From assembly GCA_044355765.1 (NCBI GenBank), contig JBIKXN010000001.1:1-33455 (forward strand): DNA of 33,455 nucleotides, given 5' to 3'. Source of the stretch: Alphaproteobacteria bacterium. GTDB lineage: Bacteria; Pseudomonadota; Alphaproteobacteria; CACIAM-22H2. This document shows, in pieces, positions 17,594-25,069 of this stretch. Made by a program: the position numbers and the translations under genes. The notes under the pieces were generated by a model. It ran no database searches. It saw only the letters and a list, made by a program, of their open reading frames with translations, and was not told where the DNA came from. How positions within the stretch are numbered: the stretch's first letter is position 1; each line of letters opens with the position of its first letter.

Positions 17594-18490
17594 CTATCGG
17601 CGCGCCGCGTAGACGCGCTCCAGCCTGGCGAAGGCCAGGGACAGGAGGAGGCAGACCGCGAAATACACCGCCGCGACGGTCATCCAGACCTCGTAGATCC
17701 TGGTCGTGGATACCGCGACATCCGTCGCCATGAAGGTCAGTTCCTGGATCGAGACCAGCGAGACGATCGACGAGTCCTTGACCAGCGAGACGAACTGGTT
17801 GCACAGCGGCGGGACGGTGCGCGCGACCGCCTGCGGCAGGACGACCTTGCGCAGCGTCTGGCGCCGCGACAGGCCCATCGAAGCGGCTGCCTCCCATTGA
17901 CCCTTGGGGATCGATTCGATCCCGGCGCGGACGATCTCGGCGATGTAGGCCGCTTCGAACAGGGCGAGGCAGAGCAGACCGGAGACGAAGTTCTCGATCA
18001 TCCGCGGGTCGCCGAACAGGAAGGACAGCGTCGCCCGAGTCCCCGGCGAGAGCGCGGCGATCTTCTGCTCGAGCCCGAACTGGGGAACGATCTGGCTCGA
18101 CAGGAAGAAATAGAGGACGAAGATGATCACCAGCGGCGGTGTGTTGCGCATCAGTTCGACATAGCTGCGTGCGACCAGCCGCAGGAACGGATCGCGCGCC
18201 GTGCGCATCAGTCCGATGGCGAAACCGATCGCGGTCGCCAGCGCCATGCCGAAGATCGTCAGCCGGATGGTGTTGAACAGTCCATGCAGCAGGATGTTGG
18301 TGACCCAGCTCTGGCTCGCCTCGTCCCAGCGCAGGAAGAATTGCGGGATCGGCGCCCAGTTCCAGCGGTAGTTGTCGAGATGCGAGACGCGCCAGACGAA
18401 CCACGCCGCCGCGAGCGCGACGAGGGCGAGCAGCACCCAGTCGATCGTCTTGAGGCGCCGCCTTCCGGCGGGCGGCGGTGGCTGGCTCAT
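17594..18490 (-). CDS. Polar amino acid/opine-type ABC transporter permease
   Basis: 298 aa with ATG at 18490..18488. Contains an N-terminal TM helix, the core YVELMRNTPPLVIIFVLYFF, and the EAA loop EAAASMGLSRRQTLRKVVLPQAVARTVPPLCNQFVSLVKDSS. Confidence 0.85.
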   Translation of the reverse strand: MSQPPPPAGRRRLKTIDWVLLALVALAAAWFVWRVSHLDNYRWNWAPIPQFFLRWDEASQSWVTNILLHGLFNTIRLTIFGMALATAIGFAIGLMRTARDPFLRLVARSYVELMRNTPPLVIIFVLYFFLSSQIVPQFGLEQKIAALSPGTRATLSFLFGDPRMIENFVSGLLCLALFEAAYIAEIVRAGIESIPKGQWEAAASMGLSRRQTLRKVVLPQAVARTVPPLCNQFVSLVKDSSIVSLVSIQELTFMATDVAVSTTRIYEVWMTVAAVYFAVCLLLSLAFARLERVYAARR

Positions 18491-18506
18491 GGCGGCGGGA
18501 GATGCG

Positions 18507-18531
18507 GGGGAGCGGCGGCGCGCCGCTCCCC
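18507..18531 (-). promoter_or_regulatory. Intercistronic GC-rich stem-loop between the binding-protein gene and the downstream permease gene
   Basis: 18507-18517 (GGGGAGCGGCG) pairs perfectly with 18521-18531 (CGCCGCTCCCC), giving an 11-bp stem and a 3-nt loop. It lies in the 64-nt gap between the stop at 18555 and the start at 18490. No U-tract follows on the transcribed strand. Confidence 0.4.
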
Positions 18532-18554
18532 TGCTCTGGATCCGGCCCTATGCG

Positions 18555-19361
18555 TCAGGCCACGCGATCCGCCCAGTCGCGGGTCTCGAACCAGTAGGCG
18601 CGGCGCTCGCGCAGGAACCCGTCGGCATGGCGCGCCTTCACCCATTCGTTGAGCGCGGCCATCGACTTGGGATCGTTCTTGCGCATCGCGATGCCTTCGC
18701 GCTGCGGCTCGAATGGCTCTTTGAACGGCACGTACATCGTGGTCGGGTTGTTCAGCGCCGAGAACATGGGCCGGGGCGCCGATGCGACCCAGGCATGGGC
18801 CCGGCCGTTGACGACCTCCTGCTCGGCCTGCGCGTCGTCGTCGAACTGTCGCACGGTGGCCTTCGGCATCAGGCGGCCGATGACGCCGGGGACCGTCGTG
18901 CCGCGCCGACAGGTGATCGTGTAGTCGGCCCGGTCGAAATCGGCGATCTTGGAGTGGTTGGCGGCGATGCGGCTGTTGGCGACGATCAGCAGACCCGAAG
19001 TCGAATAGGGTTCGCTGAAATCGACCTGCTCCAGACGCGGCGGCGTGATCGACATGCCGCCGATGATGAAGTCGAAGCGTCCGGCCAGCAGCGCCGGGAT
19101 GATGCCGTCCCATGCGGTCGGGGTCGGTTCGTAGCGCACGCCCCAGTCCTGGGCGAGGCGGTTGCCGACGTCCAGTTCGAACCCGATCAGGCCGCCCTGC
19201 TTGTCGCGCATCGCCCAGGGGATGAAGGTCGACAACCCGGCCCGCAGCACCCCGCGCTGCTTGACCTGGTCGATGGCCGGCGTGGCTCCCGTCTGCGCGT
19301 GGGCGATGGACGGCGCGGCGGCGAGCGCCGCGGCTGTGGCGATGAAACTGCGTCTCTTCAT
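18555..19361 (-). CDS. ABC transporter substrate-binding protein, family 3 (polar amino acid/opine type)
   Basis: 268 aa with ATG at 19361..19359 and GGGAG upstream. RR-type signal peptide MKRRSFIATAAALAAAPSIAHAQ. Family segments are GFELDVGNRLAQDWG and WDGIIPALLAGRFDFIIGGMSITPPRLEQVDFSEPY. Confidence 0.85.
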   Translation of the reverse strand: MKRRSFIATAAALAAAPSIAHAQTGATPAIDQVKQRGVLRAGLSTFIPWAMRDKQGGLIGFELDVGNRLAQDWGVRYEPTPTAWDGIIPALLAGRFDFIIGGMSITPPRLEQVDFSEPYSTSGLLIVANSRIAANHSKIADFDRADYTITCRRGTTVPGVIGRLMPKATVRQFDDDAQAEQEVVNGRAHAWVASAPRPMFSALNNPTTMYVPFKEPFEPQREGIAMRKNDPKSMAALNEWVKARHADGFLRERRAYWFETRDWADRVA

Positions 19362-19416
19362 GGTCGATGCTCCCTGGTTGAAATGTCGGTTCGCGGGTCT
19401 TGGGCGATGTGCGGCC

Positions 19417-20211
19417 TCAGCCCTGTCGCGCCAGGCGGCGTTCGAGCACGCCGACGAGCAGGGACAGGGCGGTGGTGACGACGAGGTAGATCGCGCCGGT
19501 GATCAGGTAGATCTCGTAGGCGAGGAAGGTCTCGGAGACGATCGTGCGCGCCTCGTTGAAAAGATCGAACATGGCGATCGCGCTCACGATTGCCGAATGC
19601 TTGATCAGCGAGACGCCGAGGCTGGTGAGCGGCGGCAGCATGATCCGTATGGCCTGGGGCAGGACCACGAGGCGGTAGGTCGCGCCGCGGCCGAGGCCCA
19701 GGCTCATCGCCGCCTCTGTCTGCCCGCGCGGCACGGACAGGATGCCGCCGCGGAAGATCTCCGCCGCGAAGGCGCCCTCGAACACCGCGAGGGCGAAGAC
19801 GGCGGCGAACCAGCGGTCGAAGCCGAGGATGGGCGCGAGCACGAAGTAGAGCAGGTAGATCTGCACCAGCAGCGGCGTGTTGCGTACGGATTCGAGATAG
19901 CAGCGTGCGATCCCCCGCGCGACGACGCTGTCCGACAGGCGGCAGAGCGCGGTCAGCAGGCCGATCGCCAGCGCCAGGACGAAGCTGGCGGCCGAGATCT
20001 CCAGCGTGACCAGCAGACCTTTGAGCAGCGGCCCGGGATAGGCGGCGCCGTCGATGAAGCGCACGACGAAGCGCGTCGTCTGGTCCCACTTCCATGTGTA
20101 GTCCATCCGCGACGCGCCCCAGGCGACGGCGCCGACGACGGCGGCGGCGAAGAGCGCGAACTTGCTCCACGCGACGGCGTCTGCGGCGCGCGCCTGCGAG
20201 CGCGGGGTCAA
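19417..20211 (-). CDS. Polar amino acid/opine-type ABC transporter permease
   Basis: Core YLESVRNTPLLVQIYLLYFVLAP and EAA loop EAAMSLGLGRGATYRLVVLPQAIRIMLPPLTSLGVSLIKHSA. The only start that keeps the first TM helix is a TTG at 20211..20209, overlapping the upstream stop (TTGA). The start is therefore uncertain. Confidence 0.8.
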   Translation of the reverse strand: MTPRSQARAADAVAWSKFALFAAAVVGAVAWGASRMDYTWKWDQTTRFVVRFIDGAAYPGPLLKGLLVTLEISAASFVLALAIGLLTALCRLSDSVVARGIARCYLESVRNTPLLVQIYLLYFVLAPILGFDRWFAAVFALAVFEGAFAAEIFRGGILSVPRGQTEAAMSLGLGRGATYRLVVLPQAIRIMLPPLTSLGVSLIKHSAIVSAIAMFDLFNEARTIVSETFLAYEIYLITGAIYLVVTTALSLLVGVLERRLARQG

Positions 20212-21125
20212 GCGCCGCCCCTAAGGCCGCGCGTCGCGAGATGGAACTGCGTCGCGGCGTAGCCGCGCCGCGCATCGGCGAGATGCGGGGCCAGGATCTC
20301 GTGCAACTGCGCAAGGGCGTGGAATGGCACCGACGGAACGGCGTGGTGCTCGGCATGGAAAGCCATGTTCCAGCCCAGCCAGCGGACCGGCCGCCAGGTG
20401 ACCACCGTGCGGGTGTTCGACAGCCAGTCCGCCACATGCGGGCGGCCGACATGCTCCGACATGCGGATCAGCCGCATCACGGGCTCGCCGAGGATGCGCG
20501 GGATCAGCCAGTACTCGATCGCCGCCGTGCTGCCGGTCGCGACGGACAGGCCGGCGATCGCGGCGTAGACGACCCACATGATCCGGGTCTCGCGCGTCGC
20601 CTCGCGTTGCCGCTCGGGAGCGAGGAAGGATGCATCCTCGGCGGTGAAACGCCCGACGGGCAGGCGCAGGAGGACCGAGAACAGGCCGCGGAAATAGGGC
20701 CAGGCGCTGGCATAGAGCAGATAGCCGCGCAGCGTCTCGGCAGTCGCGATCATCTCCGGATCGCGGCCGGGTTGCTGCGTATGAGCATGATGCGCGGCAT
20801 GCTCGAAGCGGAAATGCGTCGGCGGAAGTCCAAGGGCGAGCGCGGCGAACCACTCGACGGCCTCGTTCAACGGCCGCGAGGCGAAGGCGCTGCCATGCGA
20901 GGTCTCGTGGAACGGGGCGAAGAGATGCACGACGACGATGCCCTGCGCGAACATCGCGACCAGCGCCCAGGGGCTCCCGCTCCAGGCCCAGATCCACGCC
21001 GCGCCGGCGACCAGAAGGGCAAGATGCGCCGCGAGGAAGACCAAGCCGGGGCCATCGCGGCGCGCACTCAGGGCGCGCACATGCGCGCGTCCGACGAGGT
21101 TCCGGATCTCTTGCTGCGAAGCCAT
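20208..21125 (-). CDS. Membrane fatty-acid-desaturase/hydroxylase-family di-iron protein
   Basis: 305 aa with ATG at 21125..21123. Hydrophobic N-terminal helices are present. The three histidine boxes read HETSH (HxxxH), HAAHH (HxxHH) and HAEHH (HxxHH), in the order and spacing typical of the family. Confidence 0.8.
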   Translation of the reverse strand: MASQQEIRNLVGRAHVRALSARRDGPGLVFLAAHLALLVAGAAWIWAWSGSPWALVAMFAQGIVVVHLFAPFHETSHGSAFASRPLNEAVEWFAALALGLPPTHFRFEHAAHHAHTQQPGRDPEMIATAETLRGYLLYASAWPYFRGLFSVLLRLPVGRFTAEDASFLAPERQREATRETRIMWVVYAAIAGLSVATGSTAAIEYWLIPRILGEPVMRLIRMSEHVGRPHVADWLSNTRTVVTWRPVRWLGWNMAFHAEHHAVPSVPFHALAQLHEILAPHLADARRGYAATQFHLATRGLRGGA

Positions 21126-21152
21126 CGCCGCCGATGCCGCCCGGCCCGCGCG

Positions 21153-22136
21153 TCAGCCGGCCCGTTGCCGGTACTTGAACGCCTTGTCGAAGCGGCCGAC
21201 GATGTATTCGCCGCAGGTCGTCGGCGGGTACTTCGCGGTCGCCGGATCGTCGAGCAGGTCGCGCGGATCGATCACCGTGTCGAAGGACGGGTCGAAGAAC
21301 ACCGCGACCGAATAGCGCTCGCGCCCGGACGTGTTGATCACGCGATGCGCGTTCGAACTGAAGCGGTTGTTGGTCCAGCGCGCCATCAGGTCGCCGACGT
21401 TGATGACCAGCGTGCCGGGGATGGGATGCGCGGTGATCCAGTCGCCGGCCTTGTTCAGCACCTGCAGGCCGCCGGTCGTGTCTTGCGACAGCAGGGTCAG
21501 GCCGCCGTAGTCGGTATGCGGCGCGACGCCGAACTGCTGTTCGCCGAGATCTGGCGGCTGCGGCGGGTAGTAGACCATCGATCCGCGCGCGAGCGGCTTG
21601 CGGAAATGCGGCTCGAAGAAGCCCGCGGGCCTGCCGAGGCTGAGCGCGAAGCCGCGCAGCAGACGTCTCCCGCAGCCGAGGATCGCGTCGTAATATGCCG
21701 ACAGGGTCGGGCGCATCTCGGGCATGAAGTCGGGCCATTGGTTCGGCCCCATCAGCTTCTTGCCGGCCTTGACGTCCGGGTCGTCGGCGCCGAGTTCCAG
21801 GCCCCAGAGGAAGCTCTCCTTGAGGTCGATCCTGGCGCCGGCATACATCTTGGCCTGCCCGACTGCGAGCCAGCCGCGATGGATCGCGTCGATCGTGGCG
21901 CGCGCCTTGGTCTCCGGCGGCAGGGCGAAGAAACGCCGGCTGACGTCGAAGATCGCGTCCACCTCGGCCTGCGGCACGCCATGGTTGCTGACATAGAAGA
22001 AGCCGATGCGCTCCGCGGCCTCGCGCATCCGGTCGGCGACGTCGCGCTGCGCCTGCAGGTCGTCGGCGGCGAGCGCCGCGACGTCGATGACCGGGATCTC
22101 CTCTACGGCGATGGTCTTGGCGGTTGCATAGGCCAT
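21153..22136 (-). CDS. 2-oxoglutarate/Fe(II)-dependent oxygenase, isopenicillin-N-synthase-like family
   Basis: Start at ATG 22136..22134 (MAYATAKTIAVEEIPVIDVAAL), with GAGGA upstream. N-terminal DIOX_N-like segment GFFYVSNHGVP. Facial triad HTD (APHTDYGGLTLL) plus distal His (SNAHRV). 2OG-binding context RYSVAVF. The upstream 113 residues of the track ORF are junk. Confidence 0.85.
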   Translation of the reverse strand: MAYATAKTIAVEEIPVIDVAALAADDLQAQRDVADRMREAAERIGFFYVSNHGVPQAEVDAIFDVSRRFFALPPETKARATIDAIHRGWLAVGQAKMYAGARIDLKESFLWGLELGADDPDVKAGKKLMGPNQWPDFMPEMRPTLSAYYDAILGCGRRLLRGFALSLGRPAGFFEPHFRKPLARGSMVYYPPQPPDLGEQQFGVAPHTDYGGLTLLSQDTTGGLQVLNKAGDWITAHPIPGTLVINVGDLMARWTNNRFSSNAHRVINTSGRERYSVAVFFDPSFDTVIDPRDLLDDPATAKYPPTTCGEYIVGRFDKAFKYRQRAG

Positions 22137-22212
22137 GGTCGATGTCCTCGGGACTGGCGCTTGCCGGAGATCGGCGCGCGCTGGCCAGACTAGCGCCGGG
22201 CCGGGGCGCGCG

Positions 22213-22821
22213 TCACGGCGGCAGGGGCAGGGCCCGCGGCGGCCGGGAAAAGACCCGGTGCACCATCGGTTCGAACACGGACAGCGGCGCCTCCGGCAAT
22301 CCCGGGGCGATGGTGTTCTGATCGTACTTGGCCACGAATTCCGCGGTCGCCGCGAAGGCGGGGTGCCCGCGCCAGCGTTCGCGCACGAAACGGTCGTTGC
22401 CCTCGAGCTCGCGGCAATGGAGCGACTGAAAATACATGTGTCGTTCGAGCATCCAGACCAGGTCGTCGCCGACATAGGGGGCGAGCAGCTGCGCGGCGAA
22501 GGCGCCGTGGTTCTGCGGACAGGCTATGAAGCCGATGTCGTGGAGCAGGGCGACGACCACGTAGTCCTCGGCGCGTCCATCGCGCATGGCGAGCGTCGCC
22601 GCCTGAACGCAGTGGCGGAAATTATTGACCCGATAGCCGAAGGTCGCGTCGTCGGCGCCGGCCGACAGCAGGCGCAGGGCCTGCCTCGCCTGCTCCTCGG
22701 CATAGTAGCTCCGGCGCTGGCTGTTGAGCAGGTCCCAGTCCACGGCGCGGAAATCGTCGAGCGTGTCCTTTTCCACGTAGGACCAGGACGGGTCGAGCAG
22801 ACGGCAATTGGCTTCGGTCAT
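22213..22821 (-). CDS. HD-domain protein with a PhnZ/TmpB-like (mixed-valent di-iron oxygenase) ligand pattern
   Basis: Start at ATG 22821..22819 ([15 protein letters not shown]), with GGGAAG upstream. Candidate ligands read directly from the translation are H70 (NNFRHCVQ), H94-D95 (ALLHDIG), H105 (PQNHGAF), H128 (LERHMYF) and D166 (AKYDQN). The segment [32 protein letters not shown] resembles my recollection of the PhnZ core. Confidence 0.75.
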   Translation of the reverse strand: MTEANCRLLDPSWSYVEKDTLDDFRAVDWDLLNSQRRSYYAEEQARQALRLLSAGADDATFGYRVNNFRHCVQAATLAMRDGRAEDYVVVALLHDIGFIACPQNHGAFAAQLLAPYVGDDLVWMLERHMYFQSLHCRELEGNDRFVRERWRGHPAFAATAEFVAKYDQNTIAPGLPEAPLSVFEPMVHRVFSRPPRALPLPP

Positions 22822-22846
22822 GCAGCTTCCCGGCGCTTCGACCGGC

Positions 22847-22878
22847 AGAGTGCTATGGCTGGACGAAATTTGCACTCT
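22847..22878. promoter_or_regulatory. Inverted repeat in the divergent HD-operon/hutH control region (candidate operator)
   Basis: AGAGTGC (22847-22853) and GCACTCT (22872-22878) are perfect 7-bp inverted repeats, separated by 18 nt of the most AT-rich DNA in the window. CGTTTTTC follows on the + strand. Confidence 0.3.
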
Positions 22879-22910
22879 CGTTTTTCTGCCGCGCCGCGTT
22901 AGGTTTGCTT

Positions 22911-24464
22911 ATGACGCATGTGATTTCTCCCGGCGGGCTTTCTCTCGCCGCGCTGCGGCGCTGGCACGACGATGCCGGTCCGCTGGTTCTCGATCCGGCA
23001 GCCGCGCCGGCCGTCGCCGCCTCCGCCGCGGCCGTCGACCGGATTCTCGCCAAGGGCGACGCCGTCTACGGGGTGAACACCGGCTTCGGCAAGTTGGCGA
23101 CGACGCGCATCGCGCCCGACCGGCTGCGCGACCTGCAGACCGCGCTGGTGCTGTCGCATAGCGTCGGCGTCGGTCCGGCGCTGCCGCCCGAGACGGTGCG
23201 GATGATCGCGATACTCAAGGCGGCAAGCCTCGCGCGCGGCCATTCAGGCGTGCGCCCCGCGGTGATCGAGGCGCTGCTGGCGGCGATCAATCGCGGCGTC
23301 GTTCCCGTAATCCCGGCCAAGGGGTCGGTCGGAGCGTCTGGCGATCTGGCGCCGCTCGCGCATCTCAGCGCCACGCTGATCGGCCATGGCGAGGCGTTTC
23401 TCGGCAACGAGCGCATGCCGTCGGCGCAGGCCCTGCAGCGCGTGGGGCTCGAGCCGCTGCGCCTCGAGGCCAAGGAGGGGCTTGCGCTGCTCAACGGCAC
23501 GCAGGTCTCGACCGCCCTGGCGCTCGTGGGACTGTTCGCGGCCGAGGACGCCTTCGCCGCGGCGGTGATCGCGGGTGCGCTGAGCATCGACGCCGCGAAG
23601 GGCAGCGATGCGCCGTTCGACGACCGCATCCATGCCATCCGCGGCCAGCGCGGCCAGCGCGACGTCGCGGCGGTATATCGCCACCTGCTCGAAGGCTCCG
23701 CGATCCGGGCTTCGCATCTCGACTGCGAGCGGGTGCAGGATCCCTACTGCCTACGTTGCATGCCGCAGGTGATGGGCGCTTGTCTCGACTCGATCCGGCA
23801 TGCCGCCGACATCTTCCTGCGCGAGGCCAACGGCGTTTCCGACAATCCGCTGGTCTTCGCGGACGCCGGCGAGATCCTGTCCGGCGGAAACTTCCATGCC
23901 GAGCCGGTGGCGATCGCCGCCGATCTTCTGGCGATCGCGATCGCCGAGATCGGCGCGATCGCCGAGCGCCGCATCGCGATGCTGGTCGATCCTTCGACGA
24001 ATGGCGGGCTGCCGGCCTTCCTGGTCCGCGAGCCCGGCCTGAATTCCGGCTTCATGATCGCCCATGTCACGGCGGCCGCGCTGGCCAGCGAGAACAAGTC
24101 GCTGGCGCATCCCTCGAGCGTCGACAGCCTTCCGACCTCCGCCAACCAGGAGGACCATGTCAGCATGGCCACGCATGCCGCCCGCCGCCTCGGTGAGATG
24201 GCGCGCAATACCGCGACGATCGTCGGGATCGAGCTGATGGCTGCGTGCGACGGCATCGGCTTCCACGCGCCGCTGGCGACCAGCGCCCGGCTGACGACCG
24301 CGATCGCGGCGCTGCGCGCGCGGGTGGCGCCGGTGGAGCGCGACCGCTTCCTCGCGGGCGACATCGACGCCGCGCGGGAACTGGTCGAAAGCGGCGTGTT
24401 CGGGCGTTGGATGACCGAAGGGCTTATGCCCAGCGGTGGTGCGCAAGCGGAGGGCGGACGATGA
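22911..24464 (+). CDS. hutH: Histidine ammonia-lyase (MIO-dependent aromatic amino acid lyase family)
   Basis: ATG at 22911; the track start 22905 is a TTG two codons upstream. Supporting segments are [11 protein letters not shown] and the MIO-forming [16 protein letters not shown] (Ala-Ser-Gly encoded at 23334-23342). Length is 517 aa, and urocanase lies downstream. Confidence 0.9.
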   Translation: MTHVISPGGLSLAALRRWHDDAGPLVLDPAAAPAVAASAAAVDRILAKGDAVYGVNTGFGKLATTRIAPDRLRDLQTALVLSHSVGVGPALPPETVRMIAILKAASLARGHSGVRPAVIEALLAAINRGVVPVIPAKGSVGASGDLAPLAHLSATLIGHGEAFLGNERMPSAQALQRVGLEPLRLEAKEGLALLNGTQVSTALALVGLFAAEDAFAAAVIAGALSIDAAKGSDAPFDDRIHAIRGQRGQRDVAAVYRHLLEGSAIRASHLDCERVQDPYCLRCMPQVMGACLDSIRHAADIFLREANGVSDNPLVFADAGEILSGGNFHAEPVAIAADLLAIAIAEIGAIAERRIAMLVDPSTNGGLPAFLVREPGLNSGFMIAHVTAAALASENKSLAHPSSVDSLPTSANQEDHVSMATHAARRLGEMARNTATIVGIELMAACDGIGFHAPLATSARLTTAIAALRARVAPVERDRFLAGDIDAARELVESGVFGRWMTEGLMPSGGAQAEGGR

Positions 24465-25069
24465 CGAGTTGGATCAGGATGCTGCAATACGAAGAGTCGG
24501 AAGGCCATCTGCGCCAGCTCTACGACCGGGTGAAAGGGCCGGGCGGATCCATCGACAACGTGATGAAGATCCACTCGCTTCGCCCGCACACGATGGAAGG
24601 GCATTCGGCGCTCTACAAGAGCGTGCTGCACCATACCGGCAACACGACGCCCGTCTGGTTCCTGGAATGCCTGGGCATCTACACCTCGCTGGCCAACCGA
24701 TGCGACTATTCGGTCGCGCACCACTTCGCCGGCCTGACCCGTCTGCTCAAGGACGAGGCGCGTGCGAAGGCGATCTACGAGGCGCTGGCCGCAGGCGCGC
24801 CCGAGCGCGTCTTCGCGGGCAAGGAGCTGGCTCTGCTTCGCTACGTCAGGAAACTGACCCTGCAGCCGCAGAAGATGGAGCAGGGCGACGTGCAGGCATG
24901 CCGCGCCGCGGGCTGCACCGATGCCGAGATCTTCGAGGCCAATCAGGTCTGCGCCTATTTCAACTACTCGAACCGGCTGCTGAACGGGCTCGGCGTCACG
25001 ACGCAGGGCGATCTGCTCGGCTATTCGCCGCCCAACACCGACAAGCTCGACGATTGGGAGCATCAATGA
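24461..25069 (+). CDS. Carboxymuconolactone decarboxylase/AhpD-like 'peroxidase-related enzyme' family protein
   Basis: The ATG at 24461 overlaps the hutH stop (ATGA). [58 protein letters not shown] matches my recollection of the N-terminus of the uncharacterized peroxidase-related CMD subfamily. The Cys/His context is [12 protein letters not shown]. Confidence 0.75.
   Translation: MTSWIRMLQYEESEGHLRQLYDRVKGPGGSIDNVMKIHSLRPHTMEGHSALYKSVLHHTGNTTPVWFLECLGIYTSLANRCDYSVAHHFAGLTRLLKDEARAKAIYEALAAGAPERVFAGKELALLRYVRKLTLQPQKMEQGDVQACRAAGCTDAEIFEANQVCAYFNYSNRLLNGLGVTTQGDLLGYSPPNTDKLDDWEHQ

Noticed and set aside
20208-22821. Calling the HD/2OG pair a PhnY*/PhnZ- or TmpA/TmpB-type phosphonate degradation module
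   Set aside because: The 2OG enzyme is of the IPNS-like family, not the TauD/PhyH-like family. The linked transporter is a polar amino acid type rather than a phosphonate (PhnD-like) type. The only phosphatase (PhoD, 3659-4720) is 17 kb away in an unrelated unit. There is no direct evidence for a phosphonate substrate.
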